IMG/VR virus record: IMGVR_UViG_3300028840_003139
Coordinates: 1-39,965 of that record
Strand: one strand, 5' to 3'
Origin: a virus
Taxonomy: Duplodnaviria; Caudoviricetes
DNA: 39,965 nt
Below the pieces are notes generated by a model that was not told the DNA's origin, did no database searches, and saw only the letters and a program-made list of their open reading frames with translations. The translations under genes and the position numbers were made by a program. This document shows, one piece after another, positions 1 through 9,237 of this stretch; position 1 is the first letter of the stretch; every line of letters begins with the position of its first letter.

Positions 1-17
1 CGGGACGTAACAACGGT

Positions 18-413
18 CTAGCCCCTCAAGTCCGGTGACAATCTCACCCCCCCTCCCCGGTGGGGTTGCTCGGTCGTTTGGCCCTCCTGGGCGGTCTGCC
101 GGCTGTGACACGCCTTGCACAAGGCCCGCCAATTCGTCTGATGCCAAAACAGGCCGCGATCCCCGCGGTGTGGTCGCAGGTGATGCACCTCCGTAGCCGG
201 CTCAGTCTGCCCCGCCTCGGCACAATCCTCACAGAGCGGATGCTCGCGGAGCCAGGCCTGCCGGGCCCGCTGCCATCGATAGTTGTAGCCACGGGCGGTG
301 CTCCCTGGCCGGCCGTCTGCCCGGCCGCAGTGCCGAGAGCAACGCCGCTGGTCGGCCTCGACCAGCTCCCCGCAGCCCGGCCATCCGCACGGCTTGCGTG
401 CCCGCCTCGCCAT
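18..413 (-). CDS. HNH endonuclease (packaging-associated, HK97 gp74-like)
   Basis: CxxC...EVHHLRPHRGD..LFW...NWRALCKACHS motif; likely start MARRARKPC at 413; directly upstream of terS across the junction. Confidence 0.92.
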   Translation of the reverse strand: MARRARKPCGWPGCGELVEADQRRCSRHCGRADGRPGSTARGYNYRWQRARQAWLREHPLCEDCAEAGQTEPATEVHHLRPHRGDRGLFWHQTNWRALCKACHSRQTAQEGQTTEQPHRGGGVRLSPDLRG

Positions 414-495
414 TGCTATTTCTCCGCGCGCTCCTTCTCCTGGTAAAGGCAACTGGCCAGCTTCTCTCTTTCGCCTTCTGTCAATCTCATTTCCC

Positions 496-1917
496 TCAGC
501 TCGCCGCCAGCCTCTTGATCACGGTCACGTCCCCCTCGGCCACCGTCTCGACGTGCCCGCCGTCACCGGCCAGGGTGATCCGCAACTGATACTTGTACAG
601 CTCGCCGCAGTCGGTGAAATCGTCCGTGTCGGCCGTGCCCAGCTCGACGCGGACCTTCTGCGTGCCCGTGGCCGTCACCACGGTGCCCACCTTGGTCTTG
701 ACCGCCGCCCCAGTGTGCTTGTGATTGATCTGCAAGCTCACCGTGGCCCCGGTGATATCGCCCCCGCCCCAGTCGCCGTCCGAGTTGGTCCACTCCAGCG
801 AGCGGCCCTCGGCGTCGTAATAATCGTCGTACTGGTAGATGACGATATCCAGGTCCTGGGTGACCGGGGCCGAGACGGTCATGTCGCCCGCAATCGTGTC
901 CGTCTTGGCCTGGATCGCGTCGAGCTGTGGCGGGGCCACCAGGATCTTGACCGCATCGCCCACGGCGAGCGTGAAATCGGGCGCCGAGTCCAGCGTGACT
1001 CTCTTGGTCGAGCCGACGTAATCCGTGATCTCCCGCACGCTCGGGTAGTCCGAGTCGCTGGCGTCGTACACGACGGCCGTCTGCCCGTTGTAGGCGTCGT
1101 CGTCGTTCGATCCGCCCGTCAAGGTGAACGAGGTCTGCGAGGCCAGCGTGGCCACGGTCGTCGAGACCAGCAGATTGGGCGTGCTGGCCTCGCCCGAGGG
1201 CCCCTGTTCGAGGGCGTTAGTCGTAAACCGCCAGTTCGCCCCATCCGCCTCAATCATGTCGTCCAGGCGAGTCTGAAGCTCACCCGTGTCCTCGAGAATC
1301 GTCGCCAGGTCGCTGAGCGCCCCGGCGTCGGGCAACGCATCTGTCACCGCCTTGATGGCCCCCACTTCCGTATCGATGATATCCTGCTTGGCTTCGGTGG
1401 CCACATTGGCGGTAATCCGTCCCAGAAGCGTATCCAGATCCAACCCGCCGGCGTCGCTGATCGGCAGCCCCCCGGCCGCATCCGCCGCGGCGCCGGGCAA
1501 GGCCGTGCCGGCCAACCCCCGATAATCGTTGTAGGGACCATCACAGAGCTTATCGTTCAGCGCAGCCGGTCGGAATCCGATCCTCGGGCCGCACCAGGGC
1601 AGCACGCCGTCGCAAAGGCCCGTAAACCAGCCGAAGCCGACAGTATCATTGTTGACATCACCCCCGCTGGCCGGAATCTCGATGTTGTAGATGCCATTGC
1701 CCTTGTGGCTCCAGTCATGGAGGCCACCGGTGGTCGGCGTAACGCTCGTCTGGGTCTGAACTCCGGCCGTCGTGACGAAATTCCAGACCAGATCCATCCC
1801 ACTGGCGTTATAGGCCACCGCCTCCTCGATCGACTTGAAGTCGGTGTCGTCCAAGAGCGGTAGCACGTTCACCGGCACGGTCACGGCGCTCAAACTATTT
1901 ACCCAGATATCTGGCAT
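496..1917 (-). CDS. Putative virion structural / fibre-associated protein (473 aa)
   Basis: Acidic, Thr/Gly/Ala-rich. C-terminal ~130 aa resemble BppU-like beta-sandwich domains (YQLRITL...TVAEG). Follows the LamG gene. Confidence 0.6.
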   Translation of the reverse strand: MPDIWVNSLSAVTVPVNVLPLLDDTDFKSIEEAVAYNASGMDLVWNFVTTAGVQTQTSVTPTTGGLHDWSHKGNGIYNIEIPASGGDVNNDTVGFGWFTGLCDGVLPWCGPRIGFRPAALNDKLCDGPYNDYRGLAGTALPGAAADAAGGLPISDAGGLDLDTLLGRITANVATEAKQDIIDTEVGAIKAVTDALPDAGALSDLATILEDTGELQTRLDDMIEADGANWRFTTNALEQGPSGEASTPNLLVSTTVATLASQTSFTLTGGSNDDDAYNGQTAVVYDASDSDYPSVREITDYVGSTKRVTLDSAPDFTLAVGDAVKILVAPPQLDAIQAKTDTIAGDMTVSAPVTQDLDIVIYQYDDYYDAEGRSLEWTNSDGDWGGGDITGATVSLQINHKHTGAAVKTKVGTVVTATGTQKVRVELGTADTDDFTDCGELYKYQLRITLAGDGGHVETVAEGDVTVIKRLAAS

Positions 1918-1929
1918 TCGATCGCTCGC

Positions 1930-2733
1930 TCACAAGCTCTGTTGCGCGTAGGCGTACGAGGGGTTTCCAGCCGGCGGCGCCGCCGCGGCCGGCAGGATCA
2001 GGCGGCGGGGGCGGATGAGGCGGTGGGGGTCCGCGGCCAGCAGAGGGAAAACATCCGGCCGCGCCGCGTCCCACACCGCGATGTACGACAACAATCCGTT
2101 CAAAGGCTGTGTGGTTGCCGCTGGATGATTGCCGATGCGCACGTTGTTGGTTGCTGTCACGAGACTGTCAAGTGATGCTTGGGGCTCTCCGTCCGGGAGC
2201 CCGTCCACGTAAAACCGAATGTTCGATCCGTCATAAGTAACACCTACTTGATACCATTGGCCGGCCACAAAATTAGCATTGCCAAATTTCACGTCATTTT
2301 CACGTGTCAGCCTGAGTGTGCCGGGTGCCGTGTTCCACAGCCCGAAGGCCCAGCCATTCGCTAAGCTGGGCTGATCGCTGTTCCCAATAATCGTGCAGCG
2401 ATCGTTGTTGTGGGCAAAAGCCAATAAGGCCCAGAACGTAAAAGGGGCACGTCCGTCAAAATCCATCATCCCTCCGAGATCCGAAACCTGCACGAGATCA
2501 TCCAGGTTGTCAAAATCCAGCACAGGTCCATGCGGAGTCGCCACCCAATCCGTGGCCGGGTCCATGTTGATCAGCGTGCCGTGGTTGCCGAATAGCGAAC
2601 CGTCATGGTAGTGCTCGGAACCCGGATGCTGGCCAACATGGGCAAAGACCAGATCCTTGGCAAGCGGGCTGCCAAAATCCAGATCGAAGTCGCCGCAAGG
2701 ATGCGGATGCGCAATTCCCAATCCGCCGAGCAT
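1930..2733 (-). CDS. LamG / concanavalin-A-like domain protein (putative receptor-binding)
   Basis: LDFD...WYQVGVTYDGSNIRFYVDG...IG...LNG.LSYIAVW jelly-roll pattern; start overlaps the upstream stop (TGATG). Confidence 0.8.
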   Translation of the reverse strand: MLGGLGIAHPHPCGDFDLDFGSPLAKDLVFAHVGQHPGSEHYHDGSLFGNHGTLINMDPATDWVATPHGPVLDFDNLDDLVQVSDLGGMMDFDGRAPFTFWALLAFAHNNDRCTIIGNSDQPSLANGWAFGLWNTAPGTLRLTRENDVKFGNANFVAGQWYQVGVTYDGSNIRFYVDGLPDGEPQASLDSLVTATNNVRIGNHPAATTQPLNGLLSYIAVWDAARPDVFPLLAADPHRLIRPRRLILPAAAAPPAGNPSYAYAQQSL

Positions 2734-3236
2734 CAGACCACCGTTGCGTAAACAGGAGTTTGCCAAATCGCCTGATCGGCCGCGTTGTTTTTCAAGTTGA
2801 CGCCTGTATCGTGCGTGACAAAGACACCCCAGCGCTTCGGCACGACGCCGCCGAAGAGCGAGGCGATCGAAACCGGTCCAAACCAATAAGTCCGATCGCT
2901 TGTGTCGTTCGTGTGCATCACCGCCGCCAGCTTCACGCAGGCATTACGAATGTCTGCGCTGGTGATTGTCTCGGCACTATCCGTACCGTCAAATACGTCC
3001 GGGTAAGTGGGTGTATCCTCCAACTGCGCGTAGACGTAGACGCGAATCTGCTTTGCATCAGTCGGGTTCGTCCCCGTGGTCACCTTCCCAGCCAAAAGGT
3101 AATCCGGGTATTTGTTGGTTGTGTTGTCGACTGCCGCGCTTTCTTGGCCGGTCAACAGACTCGCATCCTGAGTGAGATTGGCCAGCGTAATCGTCAGTGC
3201 CGCCGAGGCAGCGTATTCAATCTTTTGATTCGCCAC
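2733..3236 (-). CDS. Putative virion protein (167 aa)
   Basis: GTG start with GGAG RBS; beta-rich composition; coupled to the LamG gene. Confidence 0.6.
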   Translation of the reverse strand: MANQKIEYAASAALTITLANLTQDASLLTGQESAAVDNTTNKYPDYLLAGKVTTGTNPTDAKQIRVYVYAQLEDTPTYPDVFDGTDSAETITSADIRNACVKLAAVMHTNDTSDRTYWFGPVSIASLFGGVVPKRWGVFVTHDTGVNLKNNAADQAIWQTPVYATVV

Positions 3237-3245
3237 TGCGATCTC

Positions 3246-4241
3246 CTATCTCGCGCCTTGCCCCGCGTGATCGATCAGATGTTTCGGCAGCCACTCCGGC
3301 GGATACCAGTCCCGATCGCGGTAGAGCTGCACCCGCTCCGGATCAGCTCGGCAATCCCGAAGGTCCGGCTCGAAGCGCACGATCGCATCCGTGCACCACG
3401 TGGCGACGACCGAGCCCACATCGGTACTGCGACAATTCTTGAGCAAGATGCCGACTTCCACCGGAACATTCTTAGGGCCGCCCAGCGAGACGTTATCCAC
3501 CCGACACAATCGGCAATCCGTCAATTCGACCTGTACCGCAGCCCGGTTTTGCTCAAAGTGCAACTTGTCAAGCGTCCCTAGAGACGTAGACCAACGCACA
3601 ACCGGGCCGCTTCCGCACTCGCACTTCTCGATGGCCAGGTGCTCGGCGTTTCCCGCAAGCAGCTCCAGGATCGGGCCGTCTCCGGTGCAGCGGACGACGC
3701 TCAAATGCCGGAGTTGCGGGACTGCTTGCAACTTGATCAGCGGCCCGGTGTAACGGCAATCCTCGGCCCGGATATGCAATAGCTGCATCAGCCAGCCCGA
3801 TTCGACTACTAGGGCCTGCGGCGTCGAGTAGCAGAATATGCGCTCGACGACGCAGCAGTGGCAGTTGTCGATGAAGAGGCCCTTCGCCTTGTGCGAGCCG
3901 ATGAAGCTGAGCCCCTTGATCCGACAACGCAGCAGCCCGCGCACGGTCATCAGCCAGCCGTCATAGTTGCCCGCCCGCTGAATCCAGACCCGCCCCGCGG
4001 CCTCGATCCCGCACACGTCGGGACCGATCACTACGCCGCTCTGACAGCGGTATCGCCCGGCAGCAAACACCAGCCGCTCGCCGCCCTTGGCCCGATCGGC
4101 GGCGCGTTGAATCACAACGGCATCGTCCGCTTCATCGCGGCAATGGAACTGGGCCCGCTCCTGCCACTCGGGCGAGGAGTTGTCGGCGGCCACGATGATC
4201 TGACCGGGACAAAGGAGCAAGGTTAGAAGAACTGCGCTCAT
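3246..4241 (-). CDS. Right-handed beta-helix (pectin-lyase-like) protein with N-terminal hydrophobic/signal segment
   Basis: DDAVVIQRAAD...LVFAAGRY cap motif, Cys-rich beta-helix periodicity, N-terminus MSAVLLTLLLCPG; ATGA overlap with the upstream gene. Confidence 0.7.
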   Translation of the reverse strand: MSAVLLTLLLCPGQIIVAADNSSPEWQERAQFHCRDEADDAVVIQRAADRAKGGERLVFAAGRYRCQSGVVIGPDVCGIEAAGRVWIQRAGNYDGWLMTVRGLLRCRIKGLSFIGSHKAKGLFIDNCHCCVVERIFCYSTPQALVVESGWLMQLLHIRAEDCRYTGPLIKLQAVPQLRHLSVVRCTGDGPILELLAGNAEHLAIEKCECGSGPVVRWSTSLGTLDKLHFEQNRAAVQVELTDCRLCRVDNVSLGGPKNVPVEVGILLKNCRSTDVGSVVATWCTDAIVRFEPDLRDCRADPERVQLYRDRDWYPPEWLPKHLIDHAGQGAR

Positions 4242-6361
4242 GGGTTATCCCGTTCGGTGTTCGCCGCCGCCGCCCCGTCTTCGGCCAAGCCGGTGTTGCA
4301 GTCGTGCTGGCAGTTTTGGAGGATGTTGCTGGCCGAGTTGGCCGACCAATAGAGCCCATAGTTGGAGTTGGCGGCGCCCTTGAAGAAACGGCAGTTGGTG
4401 ATCCGGTTGTTGTCGCCGTCGATGTAGTTCTGCCGGCTGTTCGCCCCCGTGCAATTCTCGATGATGAGACCGTTCAGCACGTTGTAATCGCCGTAGAGGA
4501 AGATGCCGTAGGTGCTGCCCGTGCCGTTGTGATTGTAGATTCTGCCCGTGATCGTCGAGTAAAGCAGCCTATTGCCGCTGGCCGCATCCATGATCCCCTG
4601 GCTGTCGTTGTCGTGGATATCAACGGTCAAGTCGGCATACGAGGCACCTGTGCAGAAGATTCCGTCCTGAGTGTTGTAGGTCGACTTGATACTGCCCTTG
4701 AAATAGTCGCCGGACAAGGCTACGCCATTCCCCGCGTTGTGGTGCGCATAGAAGCTCTCGGCGATTACATGATCGCCAACCACATCCAGTCCCTCATCCC
4801 CGTTGCCCGAGGCTTCGCAATCAGTCAGCCGCGTCTTCGCACGCACATTGAAACCGTCTACCGTGTTGTCTCGCGCCAGGCAACGGATCAAGCGCCCGAG
4901 GTCACACCAGTAAAACCCGTGATTCGTCCAGTTCTGCACCGTAACGTCCACACAACGCCCGCCGGCGGCCGCAACCACTCCCGACATCAGACCGGTCGCT
5001 TGATTCGCCTTGTTGCCATCGAGAACCAAATCACGCACCACTGAGTCATCGCAGACGCTCAGGAACTGAGGGATCGCGGCATCGTGAGAGTCCGGGATGG
5101 TGATCTTGGCCCCGCTTCCCTCGACAACCGTCCCGTACCAGAAATCGAGCGAGGTGTAGCTCGTGGACAACGTGTCCGGATCAACCTCGAAAGTCCCCGG
5201 AGAGAAGCGGAGTGTGCCGGCTCGGGGGACCGAGACGTTCGCCACGGCGGCCGTGACGGTCCCGCCGGTCAGATAGAACATCTTGTAGCCGGTCTCTCTC
5301 GTGCTGGTCAGGAAAAGTTGGAGTGTGTCGGTCCCAGCCAGTGTGCGAGTCACGTCGTCCGTAATCACACAGGGCGTGTCAAGTTGCCCGGTCGAGTCGT
5401 AGACGACGATCCCGTCGAACCGCCGGCTGGATGGCGCGAACGTAGGGGCCGTGTCCGACCACAACTCCAGTACGCCTTCCGTGGCCGCGTTGTAGAACCT
5501 GGCAATCAGCAGATAGTACCGCGAATCGGTCGAGTTGTAGAACACGTCGGCACAAAACCGGTAGCCCGTAAACAAGGGATCTGGGCCGACCTTCGCCCAC
5601 TTCGTGTGGTCCGTAACGTCCGTCGTGGTGTAGGCGACCAACTGCCGATTGCCGCTGGTCGAATTGCAGTAGAGATAGTAATCGGACCCAACCTTGATGA
5701 TCCCGCTGGGATCTTCGTTGAGCGTGTCGTTGATCACGCGCCCGGTAGCCGTTCCACCGCCGGCGGTAGTTCGCGTGAACGCTCCCGCCGGATCGGCGTT
5801 GACGCGAGTGGCGAGCCCGATTCCGCCCGTCGTACCCGAAGCCCCGCGATAGAGCAAATACCAAGTCGTGCTCCCCGAGTCGTACCAAGCCGTGGGGACC
5901 CCCACGAGGCTCGCGTCCCACTGTCCGGCGGCGGCCTTGTCCAGAACGGTTGTCGAGCCGGTCCACGTGATCCCATCGCTCGAAGTCGAATGCTTGATTG
6001 CCGTGCCATTGCCGTAGAACATGTGGTAGGTTGTACTGACCTTCACCACCCACCCGAAGTCGCCGGTGTGGATCGAGGCCCCGCCGTTCTGCCAGGTCCA
6101 CTTGTTGCTAAGGTTGTGAATCGACTTACATGCCGCCCGGATCTGGGCCTTCTCGTTCGTCCCATCGCAGCGGAAAATTCTATTGGAACCTCCACCACCA
6201 ACGTGGCCTGCGAACTCGCTCGAAACCACCAGCCAGACCGCATCCGTGCCCTGTCCGCCAGAGTGGTAACGATCCCGCTGAGCGTTGGCCGCAGAGGGCC
6301 AAAGCATCAAAGCCAACAGGATGGTGAATGCTGAATGCTGAATGCTGAATGCTGAATGCAT
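4238..6361 (-). CDS. Glycosidase-like beta-propeller + parallel beta-helix protein (putative depolymerase/tailspike-like, 707 aa)
   Basis: Propeller-blade motifs (VPTAWYD..WYLLYRG, EDPSGIIKVGSDYYLY) and C-terminal Asn/Gly beta-helix repeats. Start at 6361 overlaps the upstream TGA; signal-like segment ILLALMLWPSAANA. Confidence 0.72.
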   Translation of the reverse strand: MHSAFSIQHSAFTILLALMLWPSAANAQRDRYHSGGQGTDAVWLVVSSEFAGHVGGGGSNRIFRCDGTNEKAQIRAACKSIHNLSNKWTWQNGGASIHTGDFGWVVKVSTTYHMFYGNGTAIKHSTSSDGITWTGSTTVLDKAAAGQWDASLVGVPTAWYDSGSTTWYLLYRGASGTTGGIGLATRVNADPAGAFTRTTAGGGTATGRVINDTLNEDPSGIIKVGSDYYLYCNSTSGNRQLVAYTTTDVTDHTKWAKVGPDPLFTGYRFCADVFYNSTDSRYYLLIARFYNAATEGVLELWSDTAPTFAPSSRRFDGIVVYDSTGQLDTPCVITDDVTRTLAGTDTLQLFLTSTRETGYKMFYLTGGTVTAAVANVSVPRAGTLRFSPGTFEVDPDTLSTSYTSLDFWYGTVVEGSGAKITIPDSHDAAIPQFLSVCDDSVVRDLVLDGNKANQATGLMSGVVAAAGGRCVDVTVQNWTNHGFYWCDLGRLIRCLARDNTVDGFNVRAKTRLTDCEASGNGDEGLDVVGDHVIAESFYAHHNAGNGVALSGDYFKGSIKSTYNTQDGIFCTGASYADLTVDIHDNDSQGIMDAASGNRLLYSTITGRIYNHNGTGSTYGIFLYGDYNVLNGLIIENCTGANSRQNYIDGDNNRITNCRFFKGAANSNYGLYWSANSASNILQNCQHDCNTGLAEDGAAAANTERDNP

Positions 6362-6810
6362 CAGTAGCTCCAGTCGTTTTGGTTGAGGTCCGCGGAAGAC
6401 TCTTGGATGAATTGGGTGGTCGCCAGCTCGGTCCGGCTGAACCAGCGAACGTCGCCGGCATAGAGGATCATCCCGCTCGAGGCGGTCGGCGACGTGCCGT
6501 CGGACCGCCAGCGGATGTTGCCGCCGAGGGCCTGGACCTCGGTGAGCTTCGTCCCCGCCGAGGGCGTCAAAGCGACCGCCGAGCTGAGATCGGTAACCAC
6601 CGTAAAGCCCACGTTGCTCAGTTGGCTGGGGCTGGTGGTAACGTGCTGCGAAGGCCCGGCACCCACCATCAGAGGCAAGGCCTGCGGAAGCGTCGCTTCC
6701 ACGCCTGCCGTCGATCGATCCACCGATATCAGGCAGCAGACTGCTACGTAAATCACGGCGATGATCGGTGGTGTGAAGATCATCCACGGCGACAGGAGCA
6801 TCTTCTTCAT
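6361..6810 (-). CDS. Hypothetical protein with N-terminal transmembrane/signal segment (149 aa)
   Basis: GAGGAG RBS, hydrophobic N-terminus, C-terminal IRWRSDGTSPTASSGM motif. Confidence 0.7.
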   Translation of the reverse strand: MKKMLLSPWMIFTPPIIAVIYVAVCCLISVDRSTAGVEATLPQALPLMVGAGPSQHVTTSPSQLSNVGFTVVTDLSSAVALTPSAGTKLTEVQALGGNIRWRSDGTSPTASSGMILYAGDVRWFSRTELATTQFIQESSADLNQNDWSY

Positions 6811-6828
6811 GGCGGCATCTCTCCTCTT

Positions 6829-6969
6829 GCTGAATGCTGAATGCTGAATGCTGAATGCTGAATGCTGAATCAGAAATCCCTGACCCCTGACCCCTGACCC
6901 CTGACCCCTGACCCCTGACCCCTGACCCCTGACCCCTGACCCCTGACCGCTGAATGCTGAATGCTGACT
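6829..6969 (+). repeat. Composite heptamer array (GCTGAAT)6-CAGAAAT-(CCCTGAC)10-C-(GCTGAAT)2
   Basis: Directly counted; occupies most of the intergenic spacer. Confidence 0.97.
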
Positions 6970-7200
6970 TCAGAGCTTGTCGTGGACCAGCCGCGACAGC
7001 TCTTGGATGGCGGCCGTGTTCCGCTCGATCACCTGGTTCGTCTCCCGCTGGAAGTCCAGGATCTTATCGAAGCGCCGGTCGGCCCCGCGCTGCATCCAGC
7101 GGATCATCGCCAGCAGCAGAACGGACAGACCGGCAAAGCCGTATTGGATCACCGGCTCGAGGATCGGGCCCAGCTGGCCGAAGGGGAGGGAGTTGCTCAT
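6970..7200 (-). CDS. Holin-like small membrane protein (76 aa)
   Basis: One TM (YGFAGLSVLLLAMIRW) followed by a coiled coil, as in BhlA/UviB-type holins; start MSNSLP. Confidence 0.6.
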   Translation of the reverse strand: MSNSLPFGQLGPILEPVIQYGFAGLSVLLLAMIRWMQRGADRRFDKILDFQRETNQVIERNTAAIQELSRLVHDKL

Positions 7201-7201
7201 T

Positions 7202-7322
7202 GATGAATGCTGAATGCTGAATGCTGAATGCTGAATCAGAAATCCCTGACCCCTGACCCCTGACCCCTGACCCCTGACCCCTGACCGCTGAATGCTGAAT
7301 GCTGCCTTCCGCCTTTCCCCTT
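7202..7322 (+). repeat. Composite heptamer array (GCTGAAT)4-CAGAAAT-(CCCTGAC)6-C-(GCTGAAT)2
   Basis: Directly counted; intergenic. Confidence 0.97.
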
Positions 7323-7325
7323 TGT

Positions 7326-8294
7326 TCAGAGCCATTCGTCGATCCGCCAGTCCACGGTCTTGGCCGGGATTCCCTCGATGTCGCAGTACGCGAAGATGCT
7401 CCGCGAGCCGACGAACCAGTCGATCCAGTCCGAAAGCCGGCAGATGATCAGGCCCTTGATCGGCGGGCCCCAGAGCTGGCGTGGCCACCAGCTCGGCGGC
7501 GAGTTCCAGTCGCCCCAGGAGTTCGGCACGGCGGCAAATTCCTCGGGGCAATACTGACGCGTCCGATCGTAACCGACCGTCGCCATGTCGTGATTCCACC
7601 GCTGGTTGAGCGGATGGTAGCCGCGGCTATTGCAGTTGGGCGAGAAACCGGCCATCTGCCCCGAGTGGATCGCGTAGCCGGCGGCCAGCAGGTCGAGGGC
7701 CTCCTCGCCGGTCTCGGGAAACACCCAGCGGCCGACCTTGTGCCGGCCCATCTCGTCGCGGATCGCCTGCGTGATCACGCCGTCACAAAAGCGGCTGTTC
7801 TGCGCGGAGAGATCCCCGAAGGGGTATTGTCGCCGCCAGAGAAAACCGATCTGGCTGTCCACCTTGGCCGCCAGGGCCGGATCCATGCCTTCGCCGCGGT
7901 GACCGCGAAACAGATACGTGCTCTCCCAGGCCTGCCGCTCGTACTTCTCGGCCTCGCCCTTGTTGAGGATCTCGACGCTGTTGGTCGTGCAGCGGGCGTT
8001 TTGCGAGCCACGCGCTACGCAATTGCCCCGCGGCTGGGGCTCGCCCTCATAGACGTCGCGGTCGTGCTTCAGCTGTGGCAGCCAGAGTGCGGCCCGCTCG
8101 ACCGACTTGTGCAGGCCGCGGAGGTGCGGGCAGGCGTCCCCGAATCGCAGCACGTTCGGGACGGCCGGATCGTCGAGGACGTCCTGGGCCGTCTGCGGAT
8201 TGATGAAGCAGCCCGGGAAGCCCGACTTGTAGAGCCGATGAATCTGCTGGGGCGAGGCGTCGGGGGCCAAGGGCCAGTCGTATTGTTCGCGCAT
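7326..8294 (-). CDS. Papain-like (C1-type) cysteine peptidase
   Basis: QPRGNCVA (oxyanion Gln plus catalytic Cys), HDMATVGY (His) and NSWG (Asn), in canonical order. Confidence 0.8.
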   Translation of the reverse strand: MREQYDWPLAPDASPQQIHRLYKSGFPGCFINPQTAQDVLDDPAVPNVLRFGDACPHLRGLHKSVERAALWLPQLKHDRDVYEGEPQPRGNCVARGSQNARCTTNSVEILNKGEAEKYERQAWESTYLFRGHRGEGMDPALAAKVDSQIGFLWRRQYPFGDLSAQNSRFCDGVITQAIRDEMGRHKVGRWVFPETGEEALDLLAAGYAIHSGQMAGFSPNCNSRGYHPLNQRWNHDMATVGYDRTRQYCPEEFAAVPNSWGDWNSPPSWWPRQLWGPPIKGLIICRLSDWIDWFVGSRSIFAYCDIEGIPAKTVDWRIDEWL

Positions 8295-8295
8295 G

Positions 8296-8410
8296 GCAGA
8301 ATGCTGAATGCTGAATGCTGAATGCTGAATGCTGAATTGAATCAGAAATCCCTGACGCCTGACCCCTGACCCCTGACCCCTGACCCCTGACCCCTAACCC
8401 CTAACCCCTG
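8296..8410 (+). repeat. Composite heptamer array (GCTGAAT)5-TGAAT-CAGAAAT-(CCCTGAC/CCCTAAC)~8
   Basis: Directly counted; a CCCTAAC variant supplies the TAG stop of 8394..9152. Confidence 0.96.
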
Positions 8411-9152
8411 TTTCCCACACGGCCCAGGCCAGCGTCTCGCAGAGCCGGGCCGCCTTCGGGCGATCCAGCGGCCCCTCGGCCCGGCCGAGGACCGTCTCGA
8501 ACAGGCCTTTCACGGCTGCGCCGAGACCCGGATATTTCCCGCGCAGGCCCATCGGCACGCCCCGGCGGGCCATCTCATCGGCGAAAGATTGGCAGGAGCG
8601 GAACGGATCGTCGCGGATAGCAGATGCCGCCTTGGCACTCGTATTGAGGTCGTTGCTCAACTCGTGGAAGAGCACTGCCAGCCGGCTGGCGTCCGCTCGG
8701 CTCAGCCGTAGCGCGGTTACCGGACCCGTCTGCGTTTGCAGCTCCGGGTCCGGCCGGTAAGGGTTTTCGACGGGCTCCGGCGGTTCGGGCGGTGTGACCG
8801 GCTCAATTACGATCTCCTTTTGCGACTGCTCGATCCCGCCGCCTTCCAGGACGATCATCAGCATCACCGCGTATTTCCCCGGCGGTCCGGTGAAGACGAT
8901 CTTCGCCCGCCCGTTCAGTGCGGCGTAGCTCTCAAACCCCCGCGGGCCCAGCACCCACCAGCCATAGCCCGTGCCGACGGTCGCGGTCGACGCCACGACC
9001 AGGGTATGCTCGGGCACCTTGTCCGGCGCGTCGATCTCGGCACAGGGGAGGTTTTGCGGCCGCGGGGCCAGGACCGGAATCTTCGGCGCGGCCGCTTCGG
9101 CCGCTGTGCAGACGAGGATGGCCAAGGCCGTCAAGGGCAAGAGGCATTTCAT
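8394..9152 (-). CDS. Exported protein with Sec-type signal peptide (252 aa)
   Basis: MKCLLPLTALAILVCTAAEA; beta domain (FTGPPGKY), Pro linker, helical C-terminal domain. Confidence 0.75.
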   Translation of the reverse strand: MKCLLPLTALAILVCTAAEAAAPKIPVLAPRPQNLPCAEIDAPDKVPEHTLVVASTATVGTGYGWWVLGPRGFESYAALNGRAKIVFTGPPGKYAVMLMIVLEGGGIEQSQKEIVIEPVTPPEPPEPVENPYRPDPELQTQTGPVTALRLSRADASRLAVLFHELSNDLNTSAKAASAIRDDPFRSCQSFADEMARRGVPMGLRGKYPGLGAAVKGLFETVLGRAEGPLDRPKAARLCETLAWAVWETGVRG

Positions 9153-9180
9153 TGTGCGATCCGGTGGAAGAAGTTGATTG

Positions 9181-9237
9181 AGCAGTCGGCAGTCAGCAGT
9201 CAGCGGTCAGCAGTCAGCGGTCAGCATTCTGCATTCA
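9181..9237 (+). repeat. Heptamer array (CAGCAGT/CAGCGGT)n grading into CATTCTG/CATTCAG
   Basis: Visible 7-nt periodicity in the intergenic spacer. Confidence 0.9.

Noticed and set aside
298-1863. Long plus-strand ORFs (also 5084..6334, 14124..15326, 38424..39488)
   Set aside because: Antisense shadows of well-supported minus-strand genes; no motifs.
6362-6787. N-terminal 142 aa of the 849-aa ORF
   Set aside because: It overlaps the better-supported 6361..6810 gene; the ORF stays open only because the heptamer tract has no stops.
6829-8410. CRISPR array
   Set aside because: The repeats are 7-bp tandem units separated by whole genes; there are no regular spacers and no cas genes.
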